A stretch of DNA of 63,645 nt, filler included, from Octopus bimaculoides (lineage: Eukaryota), in assembly GCF_001194135.2 (NCBI RefSeq). It is 5 parts of 5 records of this genome, joined end to end, with 100 filler letters (N's around TTAATTAATTAA, not from the genome) between each part and the next. Parts side by side here need not be neighbours in the genome. Positions count along the whole stretch, not along the records: positions 1 to 19,358 come from NC_068987.1; 4 more parts are not named here. The stretch is one strand, 5' to 3'. The notes below the pieces were generated by a model. That model had not been told where the DNA came from. It ran no database searches and was given only the letters and a program-made list of their open reading frames with translations. The position numbers and the translations under genes are program-made. Within the stretch, counting starts at the first letter, position 1. Each line of letters starts with the position of its first letter. This document shows positions 1 through 12,671 of the stretch, piece by piece.

Positions 1-456
1 ATATAGAAAAAAAAATAATACGAGAACGTAAGAGGCGACAACAAAACATCCGGCCAGCTAGACGATACAAAAGAGTACAGGAAAAATCAAGGACGGCTCA
101 TTCGGAGTTTTCTGTCGTCAGTCGTACTCCAGGTCATCGTTGCAGTGTCAGCCAGTTACACTCGAGACTGCTCCAATCTGGCCGGCCCGAAGAAAATCTA
201 AGCTAAGAGCATTACATTCTTTGGAAGAAAATAAGCGAATGTATACGAAAAGAAGGACGAAAAAAGAACGGAGAAATGGTACACAATTACAAATACAAAC
301 AATAGACATTAACAACTGGTGTCTTTCGACTAAGGATGAATTAAAATAAACTGGCGTGTGTGGAAGTGAAACCTTACGGCAGAGACAAAGATGTAAATCA
401 TGGGAAGGAATATGAGATGCTACACGGATGGTAGTCGAACCAAGAAAGAAAGGTCA
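1..456. repeat. Unclassified interspersed repeat, copy 1
   Basis: Aligns by eye with 18268-18730, sharing blocks such as gttacactcgagactgctccaatctggccggccc, ctaagctaagagca, acacaattacaaatacaaac and ggatggtagtcgaaccaagaaa. No coding motif recognised. Confidence 0.85.
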
Positions 457-686
457 GGCTGGGCGGAACACTGGTCACGTGGAAGGAGAGAAGAGGGATT
501 GAAGAATAAGGGAGGGATGAGAAAGAGAGAAAGGAAAGGAAAGCGACAGAGTGAGGTAAAGGAGGACGGAAAGTGATGAGAATGAAGGGAAGGCTAAGAA
601 ATGTGAGAGAGGGTGGGAGCGAGAAAGAGAACAGTGGAAGGAACGAAGAAAGTGAGAATGGGACTAACAGACAGACTTGTATGTAA

Positions 687-720
<34 letters not shown>

Positions 721-2002
721 NNNNNNNNNNNNNNNNNNNNNNNNNNNNNNNNNNNNNNNNNNNNNNNNNNNNNNNNNNNNNNNNNNNNNNNNNNNNNNNN
801 NNNNNNNNNNNNNNNNNNNNNNNNNNNNNNNNNNNNNNNNNNNNNNNNNNNNNNNNNNNNNNNNNNNNNNNNNNNNNNNNNNNNNNNNNNNNNNNNNNNN
901 NNNNNNNNNNNNNNNNNNNNNNNNNNNNNNNNNNNNNNNNNNNNNNNNNNNNNNNNNNNNNNNNNNNNNNNNNNNNNNNNNNNNNNNNNNNNNNNNNNNN
1001 NNNNNNNNNNNNNNNNNNNNNNNNNNNNNNNNNNNNNNNNNNNNNNNNNNNNNNNNNNNNNNNNNNNNNNNNNNNNNNNNNNNNNNNNNNNNNNNNNNNN
1101 NNNNNNNNNNNNNNNNNNNNNNNNNNNNNNNNNTATATATATATATATATATATATATTCATATATTTACACACAGACACAGACACACAAACCCACACTC
1201 ACACACACACACACACACACATGCACACATATATACATGTGCGTCATGTATGTGCGCGCGTGTGCTTATACGTATTTTAAAGTATGTGTGTAAATGTATT
1301 TATGTATGAATACTTTCCTCATTTTATGACTCGCATTAACACTATTTCCGAAAGACTCTATTCAATTCCATTTGACTCTTCCCAGTTCTTATAAATGAAA
1401 TTGCGTGATTTTCTACGTTGAAAACTTTCCCTTTTCGGTATAATTCTTACTGTATATGTTTATGCTATATATATATATAATGGAATATAACTTAATACAA
1501 TACGGCATATATATGTATATAGACATATATCTATATTCATATATTTATATATACATATATTTCTATAAATAAATATGTGTGTACATAAATATGTATATAT
1601 ATATATATATACACAGACAAATGTGTGGTGTCTATTAACTTTTGAGGTAACTGTACATATCTGTATTTATGTATGTATGTTCGTGTGTGTATTTGTGTTT
1701 TGTGTGTGCGTGCATGTGTGCATATGTATGTGTGTGTGTGTATGTTGTTAAATGCAATCATTTTTTCATTATCGTTTATATCTTCAACAATAGATTCAGA
1801 CCGTTTGAGTAGATTTAGTTTTTCATTCAGACACATATATTTCAATTAAAGCTTTTTGCTTTACACAACTTATTCTTTAATAACAATAGACTGAGATCAG
1901 TCATTTATGCCAGTCGCCGAAATCACTTCCTCTAGATCTTGATAAAGTTTAAATTTCTTCTGCGAATTATTATCGTTATGAGAAACACGGTGACCTAATA
2001 TT

Positions 2003-2215
2003 CCTTTCTACTCTGGGCAGAAGGCCCGAAATATTTTGGGAGGGAGTCAGTCGATTAGATCGACACCAGTACGCAACTGGTACTTAATTTATCAACCCTG
2101 AAAGGATAAAAGGCAAAGTCGACCTCGGCGGAATTTGTATCAGAACGTAAAGACATACGAAATACCAGTTAGCATTTCGCCCGTCGTGATAATGCTTCTG
2201 CTTGCTCGCTGCCTT
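2003..2215 (-). mobile_element. tRNA-derived SINE, family B, full length with 16-bp TSD
   Basis: Matches many copies in the window (core gactttgcctttcatcctttcggggtcgataaattaagtaccag on the element strand). Perfect direct repeat acggtgacctaatatt at 1987-2002 and 2216-2231. Confidence 0.9.
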
Positions 2216-2741
2216 ACGGTGACCTAATATTGAAGTAAGCTTTGAATATTTCCTATTTGGCTCAAACAGAATCATAACCATAATCACAAGATCATTTAGA
2301 TACAGAGATCTTGTAAATCTATCTGAAAAAATATCCTTTGACTATAATATTGTTTCTGTTATAATATTGGCGTGATTGTATTATTTAGAATTCTGTGTGA
2401 CAAATACACTTCTGTTTTCCACCTTATTCGTAATGTTGTTTCTAATTCTGTTTATTAACATTACTTTCAAGTGGTAAGTTGATGTTGGTTGAATGATATG
2501 TCAGCTACACCTTACAGACACAACATCGTGAATTGGAAACCAAGGTGTATACATTTGCTGAGAGCAATTGAGCTCCAAATACATTCAGTCCAGCTGATTG
2601 AATAAACATAGGTGAAAAGTAAATAAAATAACCAATAGTAGAGGATTCGATTGTGATTTCCGCCTAGCAAATAATAAAGCAAGCTTGCGCACTAATACTA
2701 CAAGTTCGATTATCAATAGATGTTAATTCATTTCCTCACAG

Positions 2742-2857
2742 CGACATGGAAATTATCCATTTATATCCTCGTTTACTATACATATGCTGTGTCTGCCTGT
2801 GAAATAAAGCAGCTAAGGCAACTTGGTAAAGATCAATACAAATCATCTGTGCTTTTG
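2742..2857 (+). CDS. Candidate internal exon of an unidentified host gene (TWKLSIYILVYYTYAVSACEIKQLRQLGKDQYKSSVLL)
   Basis: Acceptor tttcctcacag, donor G|GTAAGT, one of three frames open (phase 1 to 0), in non-repeat sequence. No homology recognised; could be chance. Confidence 0.3.
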
Positions 2858-3959
2858 GTAAGTTTTGAATGCAAACAGTTTCTGAATCTTGTTTGAAGTA
2901 ATTTAATTTCACTTATGCTACTAAATGCCTTCAGAAAACTCATAAACTTAACATGGGAGTCACATGATTGCACACTTCTCTATGAATTTGCAGATATACA
3001 CCAATCTGACGAATATATAGCAGAAGAGTAAGTAGTAGCTATTTCGATTACCAATGAAGTAAGGCTAGATAGAACGAAAGCAAGATTACACTATTTGTGT
3101 TTACTGTCTCATGAAATCAGAAGAGCATGAAGACACTTAAAGTTATTAACTCTGACTTTCGCTGTCATTATTTGAAGGACTTGGATGTTTTGTTCAATGA
3201 CCCAGTGTTGATATACTGCTGAGGCTGACACTGTATTGTCCTCTAACATTGGCTGAAATTCCAGAACCAAATAAAAGATAATAATTTACTAATTGATGCT
3301 AAATTTCTCATCTGCTTCGTTTGTTTGTTGTAGCTGTGGCTATGACAGTGAGATGGTGTTTCCTTTTTACCCTTTTATGTTTTATGAGAAAATATGGTTT
3401 ATATAAAGAGAAGCTTTGCAACTGAATTTTATTACCAGATCTGAATCAGAAAACCTGCTGTGAAGGAAAACATTGCGTTTCAAAATCTATTTGGAGAAAT
3501 GCCATTTCCCAGCTGGGCGGGGATTCCAAAAATGTTGCGATAGGGTAAATATTATAAGGAGGTCAGAAAAAGTCAAGTCTTTTATATTTCGTTGTAGAAA
3601 TATCCCTTTGAAGTTTATTTTATAGAAATTACAACCTCCACTCCATGGGATTGGCTTATTCAATATTTAAAAAGCAACATCGAAACCTGGATGTGAAACT
3701 GTCTATAACTATAAAATGAATGGAATATGTCAGACGATTCCAACCGATGGTATTCTTAATGAATAAATTATGTAAATAGTGTTATGCATTTTTAATAAAA
3801 ACAACTTTATATAAAAGATGTATTATATATCCTGGGACACTATTTATATCTATCCAATATTTCTACTCGAACATATAATGCAACCAATAGGTGTTGTTAT
3901 ATATTTAATAAGCTTTTCGTAAACTTCGCAGGTAACGAATGAATACTGCTTCTTACTTC

Positions 3960-4005
<46 letters not shown>

Positions 4006-4009
<4 letters not shown>

Positions 4010-4350
4010 CACAATGGCCCAGTTGTTAAGGTAGCCGATTCGCGGTGGTAGGATCGCGGTTTCGATTCCCAGACCGGGCGTTGTAAGTGTTTATTGATCG
4101 GAAACACCTAAAGCTCTGGTGGCTCCAGCAGGGGGTGGTGGCGAACCCTGCTGTACTCTTTCACCACAAATTTCTCTCGCTGTTTCTTGCTGTTGCAGTT
4201 GTACCTGTATTTCAAAGGGCCAAACTTGTCAAACTGTCACGCTGAACCTCCCCGAGAATTATGTTAAGGGTACATGTGTCTGTGGAGTGCTCAGCCACTT
4301 GCACGTTAATTTCACGAGCAGGCTGTTTCGAGATCGGATCAACTGGAACC
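4006..4350 (+). mobile_element. tRNA-derived SINE, family A
   Basis: A-box-like tggcccagttgtt and B-box-like gtttcgattcc. Shares its tail gtggagtgctcagccacttgcacgttaatttcacgagcaggctgtt with copies at 39392, 46805, 47272 and 60955. Confidence 0.9.
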
Positions 4351-4409
4351 AACAGAGTGCCACGATATATATTAAAAACCCTATGTAGTCGCATTTTAAA
4401 TATATTTTC

Positions 4410-4507
4410 GTTTCCTTTCCAACCACATGGTTCCGGTTTCGGTCTTTCTACTTGTGAGTTGATTTGGTAGAAGGAAACTGAAAGAAGCCCATAAATAAAT
4501 ATAACTC

Positions 4508-4602
<95 letters not shown>

Positions 4603-4815
4603 CTTTGTATCTGTGTTTGTCCCCCACCAGTGCTATACATCCGTCATTGGTATGTTTATGTCCCTGTGAATTAGCAGTTCGGCAAAAGAAAACCGAAAGA
4701 TTAAGTACCAGGCTTGAAAAAGTCAGTACCGGGGTCGAATAATTCGAATAAATAGTTTTAAGCCGGTGCCACAGCATGGCCATGGTCTAATAATTGAAAC
4801 TAGTAAAAGGTAACA
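4410..4815 (+). mobile_element. Composite SINE (family C head + internal (GT)n + family D tail)
   Basis: Head ccaaccacatggttccggtt...gatttggtagaaggaaactgaaagaagccc, then (GT)n at about 4507-4600, then D module gtcccccaccag...ttagcagttcggcaaaag...gcatggcc. The same module order recurs at 38720, 49270 and 58500. Confidence 0.75.
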
Positions 4816-4959
4816 GAACTTCGTGTCATTAATGAGGACATCGTATCATTAATCGAGATGTTAAAAACTGGATTCTGGAGTTTACTTTTTACTTGTTTCA
4901 GGCATTAGAGTGCGGCCAAGCTGCGGTGTCACCTTGAAGTAATATATATATATAAATAC

Positions 4960-5150
4960 ACGACGGGATTCTTTCATTTTCTGCCTACCAAATTTGGTTG
5001 GTCCATGGCTTGAGTAGAAGACACTTGTCCAAAGTGCCACGCTGTGTGTCTCAAACAGTGGGGCATGTGGTTGGAATCCCCGAACCATGTGGTTGGAATC
5101 CCCGAACCATGTGGTTGGAAAGCGAGTTTCTTACCATACAGCGACGCCAG
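4960..5150 (-). mobile_element. SINE family C head with internal 22-bp tandem duplication
   Basis: Reverse complement of the family C head. The unit catgtggttggaatccccgaac occurs at 5064-5085 and 5086-5107, with a partial third copy. Confidence 0.8.
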
Positions 5151-5264
5151 CATCTATTTTAGGAAACTTTCTCTACAACACTTTTCTTATGCAAAATATC
5201 ATACTGCATAACACAGCCATAGGAAAGCTGGGTGATTCGTATCCTGAGATAAGCACTGTATTGT

Positions 5265-5307
<43 letters not shown>

Positions 5308-5409
5308 CACAAACGTGTATCTATACATACATCGATACATAAACACACACACACATATACATACGTACGTAGATACATAGATATTGTTATGATCCTTAAA
5401 ATGCTGAAT

Positions 5410-5586
5410 TGTTATAACGCCCACTTTGGTATATAGTATACTTAGTAAAACCAGTACAGCGACGACTATCTCTGACCGCCTGTTACGTACTCCGGTACTT
5501 CACGTACTTCTCTTTACTTACAGTAAATAGGTTATTCCATTCTTCACGTGGGAGGGGTATACCATTATTACTCATTCCCTACAACA
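5410..5586 (-). repeat. Putative 3' LTR preceded by a polypurine tract
   Basis: The minus strand reads AAAAGGGGAGA (5597-5587) immediately followed by TGTTGTA, and ends TATAACA at 5410 (TG...CA with short inverted termini). No second LTR seen to confirm the boundary. Confidence 0.6.
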
Positions 5587-6074
5587 TCTCCCCTTTTAAA
5601 TTTTTCTTAGAAAGTGTCATTTTATTTAGTAATATTTTTTATTCACCCCACCTTCAGTTTTGGAGATTCTTTTCGTACAATACTTTTTGCGATTGGCCTC
5701 AGTCTTCAGGAACTGTTTATGTGTTTATTTTCTCCCATTTGTACACCTGCGTTCAATCACCTGCAGTGGAACGTATCCTACAATCATTCCATCGGTTCCT
5801 CCATTTTCATTGGTTCACTTTCCACAAATCTCTTTTTCTATTCGTTCCTGTATATCTTTTGTCTGCCTGTTTTACTTTTTACCAAATACAACGTTTCACA
5901 TTTGCATTTGCTAATTATGCCATCTTCCCGACTCTGCTTTCTGTTATTGTATTCCTTCATATACACTTTTTCACCAACTTTAAAGAATCTTACTATATCT
6001 TCCCTGGCACTTTTTTTCTTTTCTTGCCAGGTAACAATTTATCAAAGACTGATTTTACGTTCCTTGTAAACATC

Positions 6075-6540
6075 AGCTACCTACTGGTGAGCTACTTGCT
6101 GGTGAATTCGGATTTGACGTCACACAGTACACTCTTAAGAATTTTTGTAGAGCTACACCATTCGCGATTTCCTTATTTGATTTTCTAATGGCTGTTTTGA
6201 AGATATTGACAAAGCGTTCTGCCTCTCTATGAGATCTGAGATGATATGGCGCCGTAGTTATATGTTCTGCCATGAACGTTTCACAAAATTAAAAAAAATC
6301 GCTAGACACAAATTGTGTTCCATTGTCAGACACTATCTTGTCTGGGATTCGAAATCTCGCAATCAATTCGAGTAAAACTTTATCACAGTTGAGGAGATTC
6401 GTGCTTTATACTTATGAATTTCAGGCCATGTCGAAAAACTATCAACTACCATTTAGTAGTTAGAATCGTTTAAAGGACCAAAGAAATCGATGTGTACTCT
6501 CGAACATGGACCATCTACTTTTTATTGTGGGCAATTTTTC
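6075..6540 (-). pseudogene. Retroviral-type integrase core remnant
   Basis: Manual translation gives PCSRVHIDFFGPLN...VVDSFSTWPEI...IARFRIPDKIVSDNGTQFVS, then TTAPYHLRSHREAERFVNIFK. Contains stops and frameshifts. Confidence 0.9.
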
Positions 6541-7489
6541 GTTTCGTTTTGACTTACATACAGGTGTTCCTGTATGTTTTGGCTGACATGCAGGTGTTCC
6601 ACTCAATTTACTGCAATTCTTATTGTTTCAGCCGTATTCGAACGTTGACTGAACCGACTATATTTCCACACAGAACATCTATGGGCATGTCCCACAATTT
6701 CAATAGTTCCATCCACTCTGTGCCGAATAGATTAGGTGAACTTTTTAACACATATATCTTAACCTTTTTCGTTTGACCTCGAAATGTTACATTACATATG
6801 AATTCACCGAAAAAATATAATCTTTTCCCCGTAACACCATGTGCTACATTTTTTTGATTTAATTAATTTCGGCTTACCAATATATTTCCAAGTTTTGCCG
6901 TTATAATGGTGATATTAATTCCAGTGTCTAATTTCATTTTATCATTTCTATTTCTGATTTTCGCGTTCACAATTTTCTCGTCGTTATATTTGCAATTTCT
7001 TCCGATGACATACTGCTTATTCTTTTCCGTTGTTGTGACATTTCAATATCGTTCTACAGTGCGTCTTCATATTACCACTATATTACCACAACGAAATTAC
7101 TCTACTTTTTTTTAAAATTAACAATTTTTCCTGAGTTGTATACATCGACATGCAAAATTTTGGTTTATTTCCTGTTTTTGTCCCGTTTTATAGAAAATAC
7201 TTCATCTCTATTCTGACTATTTCGCACTTTTTTTTTTTTAACTTGGAAACAATCCTTCCGTTCGATTTCCTCTGTGTCATGTTTTAATTTGCTTATCCTT
7301 TCACATTCTTCTGACACTTGCTGTAGGGTTACATTCTAGCTTTGTTCCAGCTTTACGAAAATTCTTGTTCTAACTTGTGCGTCCTTTTCGGTAGTAAGTC
7401 CCTGTGAAAAAAATCGAGCATTTGAATATATGCGGCGTTAATTCGTTCAGCTTAAACTACTCGCATTCCCTGCTAACTCAGCCAGCGAA

Positions 7490-7875
7490 TGTGATGTGGT
7501 CCGCGACGTTGTTTTTCTTCACCCACTTCCAACATGTGTTGAAAAATGAACTGTTTTCACTGAAATTTTTACGCAGTGTATCTATTGTGTCATTAAAGTT
7601 TATGTCCGAAGTTTTTGTTGGGAGTACATAATAACTGTGTCGTTCATGTTCTGTTGGCGCCAGTTTTCTCAAGATTAAGCGCGTTTTCATCTCGTCGTCC
7701 CAATCTTTACATTCTTTCTCGAAGATTTTCTCATATTTCCTGTAGTATGCTTCGAAGGTAACTCCTTCGTCAGGTTTGTATTTGAATTCTGCTATGGAGT
7801 TCGCGGCGTAGTCTGGGGAGAACAATTTTTTCTGATTTTCCTGACGACTTCAGTAATTGTAGCATATGTTGCTGT
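7490..7875 (-). pseudogene. Gypsy gag remnant
   Basis: IAEFKYKPDEGVTFEAYYRKYEKIFEKECKDWDDEMKTRLILRKL...YVLP is typical of invertebrate Gypsy gag. Cut off at the 5' side by a SINE at about 7885. Confidence 0.8.
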
Positions 7876-7884
7876 AATATTCTA

Positions 7885-8083
7885 TTCTACTCTAGGCACA
7901 AGGCCCGAAATTTTGGGGGAGTGGGGCCAATCGATTAGATCGACCCCAGTACGCAACTGATTCTTAACGCGAAATAAAGTGTCTTGCTCAAGAACACAAC
8001 ACGCAGCCCGGTCCGAGAATCGAACTCAAAGCCTAGCGATCATAAGCACGACGCTCTAACCACTGAGCCATGCGCCTTCACAC
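7885..8083 (-). mobile_element. Adjacent SINE fragments (family B tail 7885-7967; tRNA-like head 7968-8083)
   Basis: The minus strand head gaaggcgcatggctcagtggttagagcg...gagttcgattctc has clear A/B boxes. The tail matches family B. Confidence 0.8.
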
Positions 8084-8154
8084 TCTTTCCGCAAATCATT
8101 AATAATTATTGTAGCGCTTACATCTTCCTTCCACGGAGAAAAAAGGTCGATGCA

Positions 8155-8435
8155 AAAAGTGCGTGGCGCAGAGATTAGGATGCTTCTCTCACGATAGCGA
8201 GATCGATGCTTCAATTCCAGGAACGTTGTGTTCCTGGAGCAAATCATTTCATTTCATATCGCTTCGGTGTACTCAGCTGTAAACGAGTAATGCTGTGACG
8301 GGACGGCGCACCGTTGACGGGAGAGGGGAAGTGTTGTTATCTTGGTCCCGTTAACGGTATGGAAACCTGCATGCCGGCCTTATGAGTCATACGAGTCGAG
8401 ACATTTATCTCCTGATGATGATGATGATTATGATG
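8155..8435 (+). mobile_element. Diverged tRNA-derived SINE ending in (GAT)n
   Basis: tRNA-like head, gttgtgttcctggagcaa core shared with 7968 and 8836, and a (gat)n tail. Confidence 0.65.
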
Positions 8436-8835
8436 AAAAATAGCAGCTATATCAAATAGTTGTTAATGAGATTACAAAGCAACATTACAGCGCAATATAT
8501 AAATAATAACATTCGTGGCATGTGTCTGCCAACTGGTAATATGAAATCCCTCTGTGTTAATATATATGTCATTTCCATGTTTATTGTATATAAAACGGAA
8601 TGGTTTCTGTAAGACAGACAGGCAGGCATACTCTCGATACACAAAACATAGAAATGAAGATTTCAATGTAAGAATCTATTAAATATTTCGGAACATCTTC
8701 ATTTACAGAATCAATTTTAAATTTCCAGTCAATATTCATTAATGATTCATTTTAAATTAACCATTCTGTTAATACATGGATTTGAGGAAAACAATAACTC
8801 ACCAGACTATATTGATTTCTTATATTAAACCAGCT

Positions 8836-9095
8836 CGTGAAGGCGCGTGGCTTAGGGGTTAGGGGTGTTGGTTTCATGGTTGTAAGATTGTGGATTCGAA
8901 TCCTGGAGTGGGCGACACGTTGTGCTCTTGAGCAAAACAGTTGATTTTTACGTTGTTCAAACCTACTCAACCGGCAAAAATGAGTACTCATACAATACAC
9001 TGACGTCACGTCCAGGGTGGGAATATATTATACGCCACAGAATCCGGGGTGGAGGGAAACCGGTTCTCTGAGTTTATATGACGCAGGAAGGATCT
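8836..9095 (+). mobile_element. tRNA-derived SINE (related to 7968 and 8155)
   Basis: gtgaaggcgcgtggcttaggggttag...ggattcgaatcc (A/B boxes), then gttgtgctcttgagcaaaac. Confidence 0.75.
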
Positions 9096-9099
9096 GTAG

Positions 9100-9270
9100 G
9101 GCCGGCGTTCCGTCCGTCTTTACGTTCTGAATTCAAATTTCGTCAAGGTTGACTTTCCCTTCTAGCCGATAAAATAAGCACCAGTTGAGAACTAGACTAT
9201 AGTCTACGCAATCGACTTATCCCCTTCCAGAAACTTTCTGGCCTTGTCCCAAAACTTGAAACGAGAATTA
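9100..9270 (+). mobile_element. SINE family B, partial
   Basis: ctttacgttctgaattcaaattt...gacttt...cgataaaataagcaccagttg matches family B. Confidence 0.7.
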
Positions 9271-9313
9271 AATCAGCTTACCAGTAATTTAATTGTAGAA
9301 TCTTAAGAGTATC

Positions 9314-9531
9314 CTTTTCTACTCTAGGCACAAGGCTCGAAATTTTTTGGGAAGGGGACCAGTCGATTAGATCGACCCAAGTACGCAAATGGTACTTAAT
9401 TTATGGACCCCGAAAGGATGAAAGGCAAGGTCGACCTCGGCGGAATTTGAACTCAGAACGTAAAGACAGACGAAATACCGCTAAGCATTTCGCCCGGCGT
9501 GCTAACGTTTCTGCCAGCTCGCCACCTAAGT
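9314..9531 (-). mobile_element. SINE family B with 14-bp TSD
   Basis: Flanks atcttaagagtatc (9300-9313) and atcttaagaatatc (9532-9545), one mismatch. Confidence 0.9.
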
Positions 9532-10226
9532 ATCTTAAGAATATCGACCAAAATATGTACCCGGTAGTTAGTTACGATCTTTGTTTCATAGCTTTCAATC
9601 ACCTTCTAAATCAACTTCAGTTTTCATCGTTCTACAACTGATAAAATAAATGTCAGATGCATAGGGAGCATTAAAATGGATATCAACTCATAAAACGGAT
9701 GTTGGCCGTTCAGGTTTTCCCGAATTACATCACTACTCACCTATTTCAAACATGTAGACACCTACACAAAGAGTAACGCGTGTAGTTATGTTATTTCGAA
9801 AACAAAAGAAAACAAAATTACGGTCTCACTAAAACTGATTTAAGAAATGTTTTCATATACAAGTTAGAGTTAGCGACAGAGTTATGTAACAGAAAAAGAC
9901 ATCCTGGTGTATCAAGATTCTCGTCTTTGTGTCAGTAGGTGTTAATTGTTTAACACTAATCTTGGTGGCTTTCTTTTTATCGTGGTCGTCTAAAATATTT
10001 GTATCTGATATATAAGACTCCAGTGAGGCACACGTTTTTTGTGTCGTTTATATTCATCAACTCAAAGCTGAATTGCTTTCTGGATTTGACATGGCAGTCA
10101 AATTTTGTGAATGGAAATTTCTTAAAATATATTTAAGAGAGCTTGCTTTCAAAGGGTTTAAAATGTTGAGTTGTCTGACGCTTGTCAGAAATTAGAGGGC
10201 TTAGAATTTGGGTTACTTTTGTATAG

Positions 10227-10377
10227 TGCAACACTATTTCTTTGGTGCTGGGCCTATTATGCAATTGTCTTATTGCACTGATGAAGGAAGCTGTGTCTTT
10301 GAGGTGTTGTTTTCTGTTCCTCACGACAGTAGATGCAAAGTTGAGGCGAGTAAATGCGTGGTTGGTTGGAGAATCTG
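10227..10377 (+). CDS. Candidate exon, two frames open
   Basis: Acceptor ttttgtatag and donor G|GTAAGT. Frames give CNTISLVLGLLCNCL...WLVGES or QHYFFGAGPIMQLSYCTDEGSCVFEVLFSVPHDSRCKVEASKCVVGWRI. No family recognised. Confidence 0.25.
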
Positions 10378-10862
10378 GTAAGTAGTTTGTTATTTCAGAC
10401 AAACAAACTAGTAAAGGCATAATCAGAAATGTTCTTTTTTTTATCTACTCATTTATTGTGATTTGAACACCTCACTAATAATTACATTATTCAGTCGAAA
10501 TGACGAAAGACATGTTTGTATACTTTTCGGACAGAATTCTTTCAGGGAGAAATAATGTCTATCTTTTTGCCGTTGACGTAAATGGCATGCTTTATTTGTA
10601 GTTAAGATTTGAAGCATATAAAAAAAAATAAAAAAAATTAAACAGTAGAAGGGAGAAAGTATCAGTGTCATTACGTCCGGAGATAATGGGCTGAGCGTTG
10701 GCAATGAGATGATGTGGTAACAAAGAGGATGAAACTGGAATAGGGCTAGGCGTTTACTTCGCTCTGTGGATTACTGGGAGGCAATATAGGTCCTTTATTG
10801 TCTAGGATACTGCTGTTCGGAAACATCATGGTTTAAGAAGAACGAGCGAAAGGAGACTATAA

Positions 10863-11064
10863 ACCTTTCCACTAGAAGCACAAGGCCTCAAATTTAGTCA
10901 ATCACATCGACCCCAGTGCGTAACTGATACTTATTTAATCGAACCCCGGAAGGGTGAAAGGCAAAGTCGACCTCGGCGTTATTTGAACTCAGAACGTAGC
11001 GACGGGCGAAATACCGCTAAGCATTTTGTTCAGTGTGCTAATGATTCTGACAGCTCGCCGCCTT
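10863..11064 (-). mobile_element. SINE family B with imperfect 14-bp TSD
   Basis: Flanks aaaggagactataa (10849-10862) and aaaggaaactacaa (11065-11078). Confidence 0.85.
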
Positions 11065-12207
11065 AAAGGAAACTACAACGTTTGAAGACATCGACTTGGA
11101 AATGTAACCGGACGCCTGATTTAAAAGCGGGAGAGAAATTAGTTGAGTAGTAGGGTTACTTCTGCAATTCCCTGAAATATGTTGATAGATGGATGAAGAA
11201 ATCAAACAGACCAAACAGGGAATGCAGTTGTGGCTAAGTGTTGTTATGCATGAAGAATTAATGAAGAGAAAAGTATCTAAAAGCCCGAGGTGTAGTGCAT
11301 GTGATACATAAGTTTGGTCACGTAAGGACCACTTTAATTAGACAGCTGTCAGTCGTTAGCTGCTGTTTTTGTTAAGTGATACGTCTGAAATAACACGAAG
11401 GTGGGTTCATGGCTAACGGCTGTTCAGAAGAATATTCCCTTTTACGAGTCTGTGATTATTTTGTTTGGAGTAAAAGAAAATTGTTCGAAGTGTTTTTAAA
11501 CGTCAGTACATTTCTAATATAAAAGTGATAACTGGCCTAGAGAATGGAAAACGTTTCGGCCTCTATGCAAGAAGAAAAAAGAAATACGATTCAGAAAGAC
11601 CTCAGAGTTCCGTGTTAAATGAAAGCATCACGAACAATAATTTCAAAATGTTCAGAAAGTTAACCTTAATGTAATCAGAAGCTCAAGGTTGGAGAAGACT
11701 GCAGTACTGCATAGACAACAGATTAATTTCAAACATAGAAGAAAGATTTTGAGAACCAGTAAATGTTTTTTTTTTTGAAAATGTGAACGCGATAAAGTAG
11801 ACTATTTTGGACGTGACTATACAGAGGCGCCATATATTTTAAGATACCACTTTTTACGAAGAAGAAGAAATGTGATATGCAACCTGTGCAACAGAGTAAG
11901 GATATATTTGGGGATTGAAAAGCTTATACAATAGAAATATGACGATTATTATTTTCTGAGAAAAATATTTTGATAGCGCTAGTGCAAATTTGGTACTTGA
12001 TCATTAAAACTAGGCTGGCCTTGGTCAAGCAGACCAACAAACAAGGGCGTTCCATACATGATCAATGTTTGGTAGCTAATTACTTACAGAAGATTTGCTA
12101 TAAACTCTATCAACCTTAAACGTGAGTAGGTTTTGCGAAGCGATGTACAGACGTAGTAATCCTAAACTAGGATTGAAGATAAAACAGGATTTATAGAATC
12201 ACAGAAT

Positions 12208-12332
<125 letters not shown>

Positions 12333-12671
12333 AACTTACCACTGAAAATTCTATTTTATTAATTGTGTGCTAGAACAATGAGAGGAAATGCTCAAAAGAA
12401 ATTACATTCGGAAGCACTGGATGAAGCATCAGTGTTAAACCCGCACCAGGAACATGGCCCGCTGAAAAAAACACAGCGACTAGGAGTTATGATTGAATTA
12501 ATGGTTAAGTTTTGTATTTATAGTAGCCTTAGCCATAAATGTAAGTATTATATTTAATAACCTTTAGCCATACCGCAGAAAAAAAAAACCTGTGTAGTTT
12601 TATCGAGGAATTATCTTAGTAGAAAGGTAGGTTATCGTTGAGGATTCGGTGCCTCAGTGATTTTATTTCAG

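Larger units (their letters stand above)
5410..7880 (-). mobile_element. Degenerate Gypsy-type LTR retrotransposon (gag, post-protease region, integrase; RT/RNase H missing)
   Basis: Gag-like ORF 7478-7825, NLFGTEWMELLKLWDMPI near 6700, integrase core motifs, and a PPT plus putative 3' LTR. Confidence 0.9.

Noticed and set aside
7968-8083. tRNA gene
   Set aside because: A/B boxes are present but run directly into SINE body sequence shared with other copies, with no complete cloverleaf.
11185-11960. Possible L1/Tx1 C-terminal relic (…KVSKSPRCSACDT*)
   Set aside because: Only a CxxC pair without the downstream H/C; too degenerate to support.
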